DNA from: Promethearchaeota archaeon
Lineage (GTDB): Archaea; Asgardarchaeota; Lokiarchaeia; Sigyniarchaeales; SOKP01
DNA: 28,590 nt
Direction of reading: 5' to 3'
Assembly: GCA_016930515.1 (NCBI GenBank)
Contig: JAFGGO010000011.1
Span: 1 to 28,590 of the forward strand
Shown: positions 1-8,689 of the stretch, piece by piece
How positions within the stretch are numbered: the first letter of the stretch is position 1
Layout: each line of letters begins with the position of its first letter
Notes under the pieces: generated by a model
Seen by the model: only the letters and a program-made list of their open reading frames with translations
What the model was told of the DNA's origin: nothing
The model's database searches: none
Position numbers and translations under genes: made by a program

Positions 1-81
1 AATTTGATAATAATACTTGATTATCTTGAAGATTTCAATACTTAAAAAAATAAAATTTTCAGGTTTAATTCTGCAAGTTCA

Positions 82-104
82 TTCAAATCCCGCTGCGGGC
101 GCCA
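82..104 (+). repeat. Isolated tRNA 3'-end fragment (T-loop to CCA); putative att scar of a tRNA-integrating element
   Basis: TTCAAAT-CCCGC-TGCGGGC-G-CCA fits tRNA positions 54-76 exactly (7-nt T-loop, 5-nt T-stem, 7-nt acceptor strand, discriminator G, CCA). It is a GC-rich patch in AT-rich DNA, and the upstream bases cannot form the 5' T-stem. Confidence 0.75.
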
Positions 105-187
105 TTTTTCTAATTATGGTTGAATTTTTTAAAGATATTTTCGTTCAATAAGATAAATTAACAATTTTTTATTTGTAAAGTCCCTCG

Positions 188-3100
188 TTAAATCATCTCA
201 TCAAGTTCTTTTAATTTCTTCTTATTTATGTGATAATAGACTTTATTCCCCTTCGAAACGATATCAAAACTTTCAAGCTTTTTCAGATATTTCTTGATCG
301 TGTTATAATGCATGCCCAATTCTTGTCTCATTTCAGTAAAGTGGCATCCTTCCGAACACGATAACATGTATTCTAAGATTGCCCTCGTTTTTTTTTGAGA
401 TAAGAAATGGATGATTTCAGCGTTATCGTACGATTTTAACACATCAAAGTAAGCGTGTTGATTTCCCATTTTTTCAACACGGACGAATTCAAATCTCTCT
501 AACATCTTTAGATGCCATCTCACCACGGTCCTGGGTAGCCTTGATTTCTTCACGAGCTTGTTAAAGTGGACACCAGGATTGGTCTTGATGAGCTCAAAAA
601 CGACTTTTCTATTTTCGTTTTCTAAAACGTTTTCTCTCGTCAAGATTGAACCCTCTACCACGATATTCTTTTCCACGAGCGATCTCATAATTTTTCTCAC
701 TCCATCAGCGTTCACATTGATAGATGCTTTTGCAAATCGTGAATTGAGGTAGGGTACGATATTCACGGGATCGAATGTCCTGTGCTTCTCGATATATTCC
801 CGGATCATGTCTAAGGCTAGTCCTTCGTGTACTAATACATCGGCTTCTTCAGCGCGCTTGCGTTCAACTGGAACGGGAACAACTTCAGAGCCTGACACGA
901 GCTCTTGAGTGACCTGAGCGCGTTCGCTTGGCGAAAAGGACAACAAATCGCGCACAAAATCCTTCTTTAATTCGCCTGAGAACCCTAGATTGTCGATTGA
1001 TTTTAGAAATTTTTCCGAGACAATGGTAAGTGGTTTTTCAGAGGCATTTGCGATTACATCCGGAGAAATGTCTGCTTTAAAAAGCTTCAGTAACTCGTCT
1101 TTATTGCTTAAATCCTGCATTATCTCTGAAGCAGGCTTGCTCGGGAGGCTTAATTCTTCTACTTTCTTTCCTTTAAGGTTCTCTCCTTTCTTTTTCTTTA
1201 TCTTCTGCGATGCTTTTTGCGACGCTTTTTTAATAATCTTGGCTCCTTTTTTCGAGCGATATACTAAATAGGAAGTAGGCACGGCCATAGTTCCAGTTAT
1301 ACCTGCAGATATAGCGATAATGGTTAATACACCTAATGGGTCTTCTCCTTTTTCTTCTTCTTCTTTTTCTTCTTCTTGAGGGTTTACTGGTTGAACATTT
1401 ACCGTGATCTCCTTTATTTGGGTTGCGGATTGTCCATTCCAATCAGTTACCATAAATGTAATATTATAAATACCCTGTGAAGAATAGACATGAACGGGGT
1501 TTCTTTCCGTGGAAGTTGTTCCGTCTCCAAAATCCCAATGGAAAGTTGCGTTTGGGTTGCCTTCCGAACCCAAGAAGAGGAACCTTATTGGACGCCCTTC
1601 AAAAATATCTGTTTGGTTTGTTTCAAACAGGGCGATGGGAATTAAATCTTCAAGCACTTCAATGAAGTTTAAAAGCGCAGTCGAGTTGATATCTCCGTCA
1701 ATATCGCTCACGCTAACATTCACGGTATAAATTCCAGGAGCCTCATAGCGATGTACGGGATTTTGCTCGGTAGACGAATGACCGTCTCCAAAATCCCAGT
1801 AATAAGTGATTTCTTCGTTTCCTCCCGTTCCGTTGCAAGCAAATTGTATAGAATGTCCTTCAATGAGAAGTGAAATGTTGAATTCAAGATCGACGATGCT
1901 TGGAAGGAGATCCATTATTGGAAAGTCGTCTTGACTTCCCGACGATCCACTCAAATTATATGGAGTGTCACCAATCCCAAAAGGTGCTACAGTATCGTTT
2001 CCTGCATAATTTCCATAGAGATTTCCCAACGATCCGTTGTTCCATCGATTATAAGCCCCACTATCTCTAGCGTTAGTAGTGCCATTTGCCCCATTTTCTA
2101 CAAAAAAATTGCGATATATCGTGTTATTATTGTCTCCAAAGAGAAATTGAATGCCGTTTAGTGTGCAATCTTTAACGACATTTTTATATACGAGATTATT
2201 TGTATTGTCGTTTATAAATGCGATACCGGACCAATTAACACCAACAATCCTGTTTTCCAAGAAGCGGTTGTAGCTTGAGGACTTAGAACAAATACCGCAT
2301 AGTTGGTTAAAGGTTGCTAAATTCTGGGCTTCGTTTCCCATTATCGTGTTGTTATCACAATTATCTTCTACATTTATGCCATACCTATTATCGTTGAAAA
2401 TGTTGTTCGAGATCGTGTTATTCCTGCATTCAGAATAAAGATTTATTCCATTTTGGCGGTTATTGCTCGCGTTATTGTTAATGATTTGATTGTAATCAGA
2501 ATAATATTCAACTCTCATTCCATGGGCACTATTATTTGATGCTATATTCTGCACGACCGTATTGTTATTGGAATAATTCAATACATATATACCACCCCCC
2601 GTTTGATGATTAGCCACATTATTCGAGATCGTATTGTTATTAGAAACTATGAAATATATTCCAGTACCAGTATTTTTTGTTATATGATTATTTGATATGG
2701 TATTATTGTCGCTTCGATACAGACGCACTCCCATTGCACCGTTATAATTTACGATATTATTGGAAATAGTGTTATTATAACACGAGTTGTACAAGTAAAT
2801 GCCATTACCTTGATTGAAGGAACAATTATTATCCACGATAAAACCGTTAGATACATTTACGAGTAATAATCCCGCATCGCTTGCTGATCCTCCTAGACTT
2901 GAATTAAATAGCGTACAGTTTCTCACGATAAAATATGCGTTTGAATCGCAAATTTCAATACACGGACTTGCGTCTTTACCATTTATCGTAATATTCTCTA
3001 TAACATAAGGGTTGTCTCTCGAACCATTTCCCGTCCTACACCAATCCTGCGTTCTCGCCCAGGACCAATTGAATGCCCCGGTATCGTTAATATAAATTGG

Positions 3101-3304
3101 ACTTGTAAGCACCCAATAATCTGAGGTCCTTGTATCCTTTAGTGAAAGAGAGGAATTGAGTTGCTTAGGTGTTCCTCTAATTCCACCAATAAATATTTGT
3201 GCAATTAATAACATAAAGAACCCGCTTGCAAGTAAAAGTCCTTTCTTATTTCTGATAACCTTCCAGTGATTTCTACGTTTCCTAAATAAAAGTTTTGATT
3301 TCAT
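188..3304 (-). CDS. Membrane-anchored protein: signal/TM, NosD/CASH right-handed beta-helix, two PKD domains, TM helix, cytoplasmic winged helix-turn-helix (ArsR/HVO_0163-like) domains
   Basis: Asn-rich repeats (GIYLxxSxNNTIxNN); NosD-like 'NRWNNGSLGNLY...GIGDTPY'; two 'WDFGDG..ST..NPVHxY...GIY' PKD motifs; TM 'LGVLTIIAISAGITGTMAV' followed by a Lys-rich stop-transfer; C-terminal 'LENENRKVVFELIKTNPGVHFNKL...WHLKMLE' and a second HTH. Confidence 0.9.
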   Translation of the reverse strand: MKSKLLFRKRRNHWKVIRNKKGLLLASGFFMLLIAQIFIGGIRGTPKQLNSSLSLKDTRTSDYWVLTSPIYINDTGAFNWSWARTQDWCRTGNGSRDNPYVIENITINGKDASPCIEICDSNAYFIVRNCTLFNSSLGGSASDAGLLLVNVSNGFIVDNNCSFNQGNGIYLYNSCYNNTISNNIVNYNGAMGVRLYRSDNNTISNNHITKNTGTGIYFIVSNNNTISNNVANHQTGGGIYVLNYSNNNTVVQNIASNNSAHGMRVEYYSDYNQIINNNASNNRQNGINLYSECRNNTISNNIFNDNRYGINVEDNCDNNTIMGNEAQNLATFNQLCGICSKSSSYNRFLENRIVGVNWSGIAFINDNTNNLVYKNVVKDCTLNGIQFLFGDNNNTIYRNFFVENGANGTTNARDSGAYNRWNNGSLGNLYGNYAGNDTVAPFGIGDTPYNLSGSSGSQDDFPIMDLLPSIVDLEFNISLLIEGHSIQFACNGTGGNEEITYYWDFGDGHSSTEQNPVHRYEAPGIYTVNVSVSDIDGDINSTALLNFIEVLEDLIPIALFETNQTDIFEGRPIRFLFLGSEGNPNATFHWDFGDGTTSTERNPVHVYSSQGIYNITFMVTDWNGQSATQIKEITVNVQPVNPQEEEKEEEEKGEDPLGVLTIIAISAGITGTMAVPTSYLVYRSKKGAKIIKKASQKASQKIKKKKGENLKGKKVEELSLPSKPASEIMQDLSNKDELLKLFKADISPDVIANASEKPLTIVSEKFLKSIDNLGFSGELKKDFVRDLLSFSPSERAQVTQELVSGSEVVPVPVERKRAEEADVLVHEGLALDMIREYIEKHRTFDPVNIVPYLNSRFAKASINVNADGVRKIMRSLVEKNIVVEGSILTRENVLENENRKVVFELIKTNPGVHFNKLVKKSRLPRTVVRWHLKMLERFEFVRVEKMGNQHAYFDVLKSYDNAEIIHFLSQKKTRAILEYMLSCSEGCHFTEMRQELGMHYNTIKKYLKKLESFDIVSKGNKVYYHINKKKLKELDEMI

Positions 3305-3799
3305 AGTTTATCCCAATTCTCAGTCTTGAGTAAATCGTTCAATTATTTTTCAATCCCAATTGAAAAATTTTAGATGGCATGCTAATAAAATTACTCAAGC
3401 AATATCAATGTTAATTTATATTAAAAACACTCAAAGGATTATTTAAAAGGATATAGAACGATTTTGAAATAAATTTTATTCGGAATCTCTCAAATACGAA
3501 ATATATTGATTATTTATTAGTTATCCCAGTTTTAATCCTCCTAAATTAGTTTTAGCGATAAAAAAAGGCAAGATCGCTCTGAACCACGATTTTACGGGCT
3601 TTTTAATTATTATCTTTAGTGTGTTCTTAAGTTAATTTTTTACGTGTATTTAAGATAGATGTGTTTTTCAATACAATTGGATGAATCCCTTTTTTATTGT
3701 CCTATAAAACCAATTTGAACGAACCAACCAGCGATTTAAAAAACATTTATTTGCACGGAGTCTTATATTTAGGTAATATTTAAAAGTAAGGGAAAGATC

Positions 3800-4246
3800 G
3801 TGATATTTGACTGTATCGTGGCGTTGACCAACGACAGGGTTGGTCTCTGTGCGTTTGATTTTTACAGCTTTGGGCACATTTGCTTGGGAATAGCCGTGTT
3901 CCTATTCCTTTCGTTATTCTACACGATTCCAAAATACAAGGGAGATACTCCTTATGTAGCCTTGGTGCTGGTTTTCATCGTAACTCTCGCACTCTTGATA
4001 TTGTGGGAAATAATCGAGAACACGCTCTTTTTCGAATTAGGCTGGAAGTTTGAAAATCGAAGGGATAGCTCCCTAAACATCTTCACCGACATCCTTTTTG
4101 GAACGCTCGGCGCCATTGGAACGTGGCTCATCTGCCATTACGTTTTTGTCAAGGAGAAAAAGATATGGGGCTATTACGCTTTCGGATTAATCGCATTTCT
4201 CGTCTGGTTGATATTATTCTTCGTGACGGAACACTTTACCGTTTAG
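3800..4246 (+). CDS. Integral membrane protein, DUF2585/VanZ-like (putative membrane metal-dependent hydrolase)
   Basis: Four hydrophobic helices with 'DFYSFGH', 'WEIIEN' and 'DSSLNIFTD' motifs. Confidence 0.7.
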   Translation: MIFDCIVALTNDRVGLCAFDFYSFGHICLGIAVFLFLSLFYTIPKYKGDTPYVALVLVFIVTLALLILWEIIENTLFFELGWKFENRRDSSLNIFTDILFGTLGAIGTWLICHYVFVKEKKIWGYYAFGLIAFLVWLILFFVTEHFTV

Positions 4247-4276
4247 CTTTTTTTTCTATTAATATTTTATATATGA

Positions 4277-5008
4277 TCAAGTATGTGTATTGAACAACGA
4301 GAAAGTTCTAAACGCTCGTGGAGCAATTGGTATTGCTTCACAATGATTTGAATTATCGTAAAGGCTCTGGTCTCCGAAATATATCCGATAAGGACAATGT
4401 TCTTTACAAAAACTTATATCGTCAAAATCGTCCAGTGTAATAATCATGCTCATTCTACAAACGATCGTCATCAGGGCTAAAAAGAATTCGTAAAGCCTAT
4501 TTTCGTCCACCTTACCAGAAAATTCTATCGGTTTTTGAATTGCGTGTTTTTTCTTGTGTCCGTGTTGGTCATAAAGTCCGTGAAAAAGGCCATTTCCTCC
4601 GTAAAACATCTCGTCAATGACATCTTTCACTTTAAGTTCCTTTTCGTAAAATGTGCTTGCGTTGTTTCGTTCAGTCGATCGATGCAAGTAAAACCCCAAG
4701 CTATAATTAAGGTAATTCTCGAATTCATTGACCAAATTCTCGTATCTTTTGTAATCGCCTGCGTCCCCCACCTTTTGGAGGTGCTCTCCATAATTCATTA
4801 TCGATGTCACGTCTCCTTTCAAAAGAAATTGCCGGAATAAAGTAAAAGCGTGGCTTGCAGCTTCCCAATTGGGCAAATCAGATTGAAACGAGTAATTTTT
4901 AATTCGGGGAAGGTAAGACTTTTGTAATGCTTTATAAAAATCCGTGCTAATTATCCTTCTCATTAACTTTTTGAATTCAAATATGGCGTTCTCGTTCTTG
5001 TCTTGCAT
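4277..5008 (-). CDS. Hypothetical protein (possible divergent HEPN-like helical fold)
   Basis: 243-aa ORF with an ATG start and normal composition; contains 'GNGLFHG'; no confident family. Confidence 0.7.
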   Translation of the reverse strand: MQDKNENAIFEFKKLMRRIISTDFYKALQKSYLPRIKNYSFQSDLPNWEAASHAFTLFRQFLLKGDVTSIMNYGEHLQKVGDAGDYKRYENLVNEFENYLNYSLGFYLHRSTERNNASTFYEKELKVKDVIDEMFYGGNGLFHGLYDQHGHKKKHAIQKPIEFSGKVDENRLYEFFLALMTIVCRMSMIITLDDFDDISFCKEHCPYRIYFGDQSLYDNSNHCEAIPIAPRAFRTFSLFNTHT

Positions 5009-5142
5009 CGTAAATTCGTCTATTTATTAAATGGTTTTTTAATCCTTTCCTTTTAAATATTACTTTTGTTTAGACAACATATTATAAATAATTAAGAATT
5101 TAAAAACAAGGTAGAATTAAAATTATTAAAGGTGAAAAATAA

Positions 5143-5649
5143 GTGGAAATTTCGAAAAAGCCACTTAAAGACATTGAAAAGCGGAACCCCTTGAAAACAA
5201 TATCGTTCAAGCCGATAGGAATCGTCCATTCGCCTTTAAAAAGCTTGAAGGGCATTCCAATCCAATTCTCAATGTCTGAAGTGGAAGGAAAACTTGAGAT
5301 TTTCGAGGAATTCGTTCCTGGATTGAAAGATTTGGACGGATTTTCGCACATTTATTGCCTGTATTTTTTTGATTTGGTCAAGTTACCCGTTGCGCTGCAG
5401 TCCAAACCTTTTTTGGACAACCAGGTAAGAGGCGTGTTTTCGATGCGAACTCCTTTCCGACCGAATCCAATCGGTCTGTCGATCTTAGAGGTCGAAAAAA
5501 TTGAAGGCAAGTTCGTGTTCGTGAAACACTTGGATATATTAGACAAGACACCGATTCTCGACATCAAGCCGTACATCAACGATTTTGACACCATTCGTTC
5601 GTACAAGCAAGGATGGACTGCCGGAAAAGTAAAAAAAAAATCAAGCTAG
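5143..5649 (+). CDS. trmO: tRNA (N6-threonylcarbamoyladenosine(37)-N6)-methyltransferase TrmO/TsaA family, single beta-barrel domain
   Basis: 'PIGIVHSP', 'GLKDLDGFSHI', 'GVFSMRTPFRPNPIGLS' and 'LDILDKTPILDIKPY' are UPF0066/TrmO signatures; GGTGA RBS upstream. Confidence 0.92.
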   Translation: MEISKKPLKDIEKRNPLKTISFKPIGIVHSPLKSLKGIPIQFSMSEVEGKLEIFEEFVPGLKDLDGFSHIYCLYFFDLVKLPVALQSKPFLDNQVRGVFSMRTPFRPNPIGLSILEVEKIEGKFVFVKHLDILDKTPILDIKPYINDFDTIRSYKQGWTAGKVKKKSS

Positions 5650-5713
5650 ATCGAATGCATTCCTCTTTCTAACAAAAAATCTTTTTAGAAATGGCGAATA
5701 TAAGTTATCAAAG

Positions 5714-5746
5714 CGAGGAATAATATTATAACATGATTCTTCCTCG
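5714..5746. promoter_or_regulatory. Inverted repeat enclosing a TATA-like box upstream of tRNA-Arg
   Basis: CGAGGAATAAT-(attataacatg)-ATTCTTCCTCG, 10/11 complementary arms, with TTATAA about 35-40 nt upstream of the tRNA 5' end. Confidence 0.4.
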
Positions 5747-5764
5747 ACCAATCAAGTCAAGCAC

Positions 5765-5872
5765 GGGCCTATAATCTAGCCTGGATTCGTCCAGATCTCG
5801 GATCTGGAACCCAGAAAGGGTGTCCGCCTTCGGAGCGGAATGTCGCAGGTTCGAATCCTGCTAGGCCCACCA
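5765..5872 (+). tRNA. tRNA-Arg(TCG) with encoded CCA and a non-canonical D-loop intron (about 5787-5816)
   Basis: Acceptor stem GGGCCTA/TAGGCCC; anticodon arm TCCGC-CT-TCG-GA-GCGGA (anticodon 5830-5832); T-arm GCAGG-TTCGAAT-CCTGC. Removing 30 nt gives the D-loop AGCCTGGATA with the Arg identity base A20. Confidence 0.93.
5787..5816 (+). other. tRNA intron at position 20a/21 (relaxed bulge-helix-bulge)
   Basis: Internal hairpin TCCAGATC-TCG-GATCTGGA; central 4-bp helix CTGG/CCAG flanked by ATT(C) and AAA bulges. Confidence 0.75.
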
Positions 5873-6329
5873 TTCATTTATATAGAAAATATTTTTCGTG
5901 TTGGTTTATCCATTTTTACTTCTAGTAATAACCATTTTTGTGTTTATCATTTATTAGCACAAAACACAAATGACATAGGAGCCGGATTTTAATTCATACT
6001 AATAATTATGGGTCTTGATTATTTTGAACGAACACAGAATTCAATAAATGCGTTTCGTAAGTCAAGAATAAAATCTTTTCTATCCATTATAAGCTTTCAA
6101 ATATATCGTGGAATTTCAATATTTATCAATTTTATTGCATAAAAATCAGTCTTTTTTCCACGATTCTTTATATTTTTTTAGTATTATTTGCATATCCTCT
6201 TATATTCACGCAATTTTTGTTAAAATCAAGGTTTTCTCTGAAGACTTCCAAACTCGCCGACGAGAAGAGAGCGCTTAGATTCCACACTTGATAAATAACT
6301 TTAAAAAAAATATTTAATTAAGATATCAC

Positions 6330-6965
6330 ATGGGCTGGAAAGCGTCAGTAATATTCGTTTACGACACGAACGCAGGACCAATCAAAGAAGATTCTCCACA
6401 CGATCGTAAAGCGGCTCAAGATATAATATCCAAGTTGCAAATTGGTGACCATTATCAAGCAGAATTATCCTGCTTCGACGAGGGAATTTATCCAAGAGAC
6501 GACGAGCTTTTTATCGGCTGTTATCCCCAAGGATACATTATCTGTCACGACACACTCTCAAATGCGGGTGTGGAAGGGAAGCAGGAATTCAATAAAGTCG
6601 TCGATATTTTTCCGAATTCCGAAATTTTAGTATTAATACTTCACAGCGTCGTGAACTTGTTTGGTTATGCTTATTATAAAGACGGTCGAAGAATTCGCGC
6701 AAGAGCAGGATCTGCCAATGATGGCGTGTTTATAGAAGAGGGAAATCCCTTACCCGAAGAGGATTTGCTTTTTGCTAAATCAAAAGTTATAGATGGTCAA
6801 AGAATTTGGGAGAAACAAATCCATGGGCAAATGGAAACATTTTCCGAAGACGCAATGGGAGAAACTTTCGTTTTTGAACTTTCCAAGCGAGTTTTTGGAA
6901 CTCGGATCGATGATTCAGATGTTTTAGACTTAGAAATGGATAAGTTCCTCCTCAAGAAGCCTTAA
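6330..6965 (+). CDS. Hypothetical protein resembling bacterial DUF6928 family
   Basis: N-terminal 'MGWKASVIF' and 'LHSVVNLFGYAYYKDGRRIR...IEEGNPLPEE' resemble that family as I recall it. Confidence 0.7.
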   Translation: MGWKASVIFVYDTNAGPIKEDSPHDRKAAQDIISKLQIGDHYQAELSCFDEGIYPRDDELFIGCYPQGYIICHDTLSNAGVEGKQEFNKVVDIFPNSEILVLILHSVVNLFGYAYYKDGRRIRARAGSANDGVFIEEGNPLPEEDLLFAKSKVIDGQRIWEKQIHGQMETFSEDAMGETFVFELSKRVFGTRIDDSDVLDLEMDKFLLKKP

Positions 6966-7719
6966 TTATCGATTCTTCCAGATTCCATTTATATTCTTAT
7001 ATCATTGGAGGATTTAGCAGCAAATGATAATAAACTAAAGACTCTCCTAGAATCCATTGGCAACCTTACATCTCTAATTAATTAAATATATTTCATAATC
7101 AATTAACAACAATCCCAGAGTCCATTGGAAAACTTACATCGCTCCAAACACTCTCTTTAAATTATAATCAATTATCGACTCTCCCAGAATCTATAGGGAA
7201 CCTTACATCTTTAGCGAATTTGAATATATTTGATAATCAATTAAAGAATCTTCCTGAGTCCATAGGAAACCTTAGTTCTCTTATAAAATTAGATTTTTTA
7301 CATAATCAATTGACAACGCTCCCAGAGTCCATTGGACAGTTAAAATCACTCCAAACACTAATTTGATATTAAATAAGATTAGAGAATTCCCCGAGGAGAT
7401 AAGAAACTTAACATCGCTTCAAACACTTGATTTAGGAGGGAATCGGATTACACATCTCCCTGAATCGATCGGAAAGCTAAAATCGCTCCAAATACTTGAT
7501 TTACGAGGGAATCAGTTAATAAATCTCCCTGATTCCATTGGAAAGTTATCATCGCTCCAAACGCTCCATTTAGATTCCAATCAATTAACCACTCTCCCCG
7601 AATCGATTACAAATATTACTTCATTAAAAGAATTAACAATTAATACTAATCCTTTGGATTCAAAAACAATCTCCTTGGTAAAGCAATTTAAAAAAAATTA
7701 TAGAGACTTAAAGTTTTAA
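6966..7719 (+). pseudogene. Leucine-rich repeat protein, 5'-truncated and frameshifted (10 x 23-aa LRRs)
   Basis: 69-bp repeats encoding LxxLPESIGxLxSLxxLxLxxNQ run from 6966. Single-base frameshifts lie near 7080 and 7361, and there is no start codon. ORF 7363-7719 is only the last 4 repeats. Confidence 0.85.
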
Positions 7720-7725
7720 AATAAT

Positions 7726-8474
7726 TTATAGGAATTTATAATAACATGCCAGGCCTCCAAACTTGCTCACGATGGCCCCCGCCTCGGATTCACTTCTGAC
7801 AATTTTTGTTCTTATCTCGAGGTTTTTTGAAATTTGCAAGATTCGATGCGTTCTATTCCTGGTTTTAGGATTATTCAGGTATTCTTCGGTGAGAACGATA
7901 TTATTTGGTTTGTTTAAGTCTGGATTTCTTTTTATAAGTTTTAGTTAGTAATCAATTTCTTTCCATGTATATAGAATTTTTGAAAACTTCTTGTTCTTGT
8001 TGACAATTTCCGTGAGTTCTTCCAATATTAACATACCATCTCGATTGGAAGTCTCGTTCACGATATTATTAAAATATTCTTGCGTTTTCAAGTAATACAA
8101 ATCCTTTTGATTCTTAGCTTGGTTGCCTACAATATTGGAAAAGGCTATTTGGTTAGCTCCTTTAATCAACCAAGGATGATGTTTTGTCACGTGATCGAGA
8201 AACTCGTCTGAATATCTTTGCTTTGGAGGAGAAAACAATATCACGCTCCTGATGCCTTCCTTAATTATCGGTCTTAGCACATCAATAAGCTCCTCATGAA
8301 AATGATATAACTGTTTTTTGTCTTGATTTCTTCTCTTTCTTCCACGATTTATTCTACAAAGCAACCTAATATTTTCGCTGAATATTTTCCAAATCACGGC
8401 ATCGTTATCGTGAAAGCCAATAAGAACTGCTATTGGATGACCGCGTCTTGTTTGTCTTTTTCTTTTTTTACCAT
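7726..8474 (-). pseudogene. Disrupted paralogue of the Pelota/aRF1 M+C-domain protein at 15296-16036
   Basis: Reads MVKK-(frameshift in A-run)-RKRQTRRGHPIAVLIGFHDND.. IWKIFSE.. EIDY*(TAA 7945-7947)LKLIKR..ESEAGAIVSKFGGLACYYKFL*, colinear with the intact paralogue. Confidence 0.88.
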
Positions 8475-8584
8475 TATAGCAGTAAATAAAATGTTGCTAA
8501 AATATTATTTCTTAGTATTTATTAAAGATCATTACAAATTTGAATTAATGCTGAATCAAGCTTTATTTGAGCAAATCTTCAGAA

Positions 8585-8605
8585 TTCGAATCCTGCTAGG
8601 CCCAC
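8585..8605 (+). repeat. Direct repeat of tRNA-Arg 3' end (att-like)
   Basis: 21/21 identity with 5850-5870. Confidence 0.9.
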
Positions 8606-8689
8606 TTTTTAATATTATCAAATATCTTATTTTAAATAAACAACTTAGAATGCTTAACTACAACAAAATAATTATAACGACTCAATATC

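Larger units (their letters stand above)
5850..8605. mobile_element. Degenerate 2.7-kb tRNA-Arg-integrated islet bounded by 21-bp direct repeats; no integrase
   Basis: TTCGAATCCTGCTAGGCCCAC occurs at 5850-5870 (in the tRNA) and at 8585-8605. The interior has one intact ORF and two pseudogenes. Confidence 0.7.

Noticed and set aside
1523-1798. Repeated GTCTCCAAAATCCCA
   Set aside because: It encodes the WDFGD motif of the two PKD domains.
5765-5872. Reading the tRNA as Pro(CGG)
   Set aside because: Only the TCCGC/GCGGA stem pairs, which centres TCG; A20 also supports Arg.
6966-7640. 69-bp periodic repeats as a CRISPR array
   Set aside because: They are degenerate codon-phased LRR units with no invariant repeat and unique spacers.
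7763-7948. 61-aa + strand ORF
   Set aside because: It is the antisense shadow of the pseudogene's C-terminal part.
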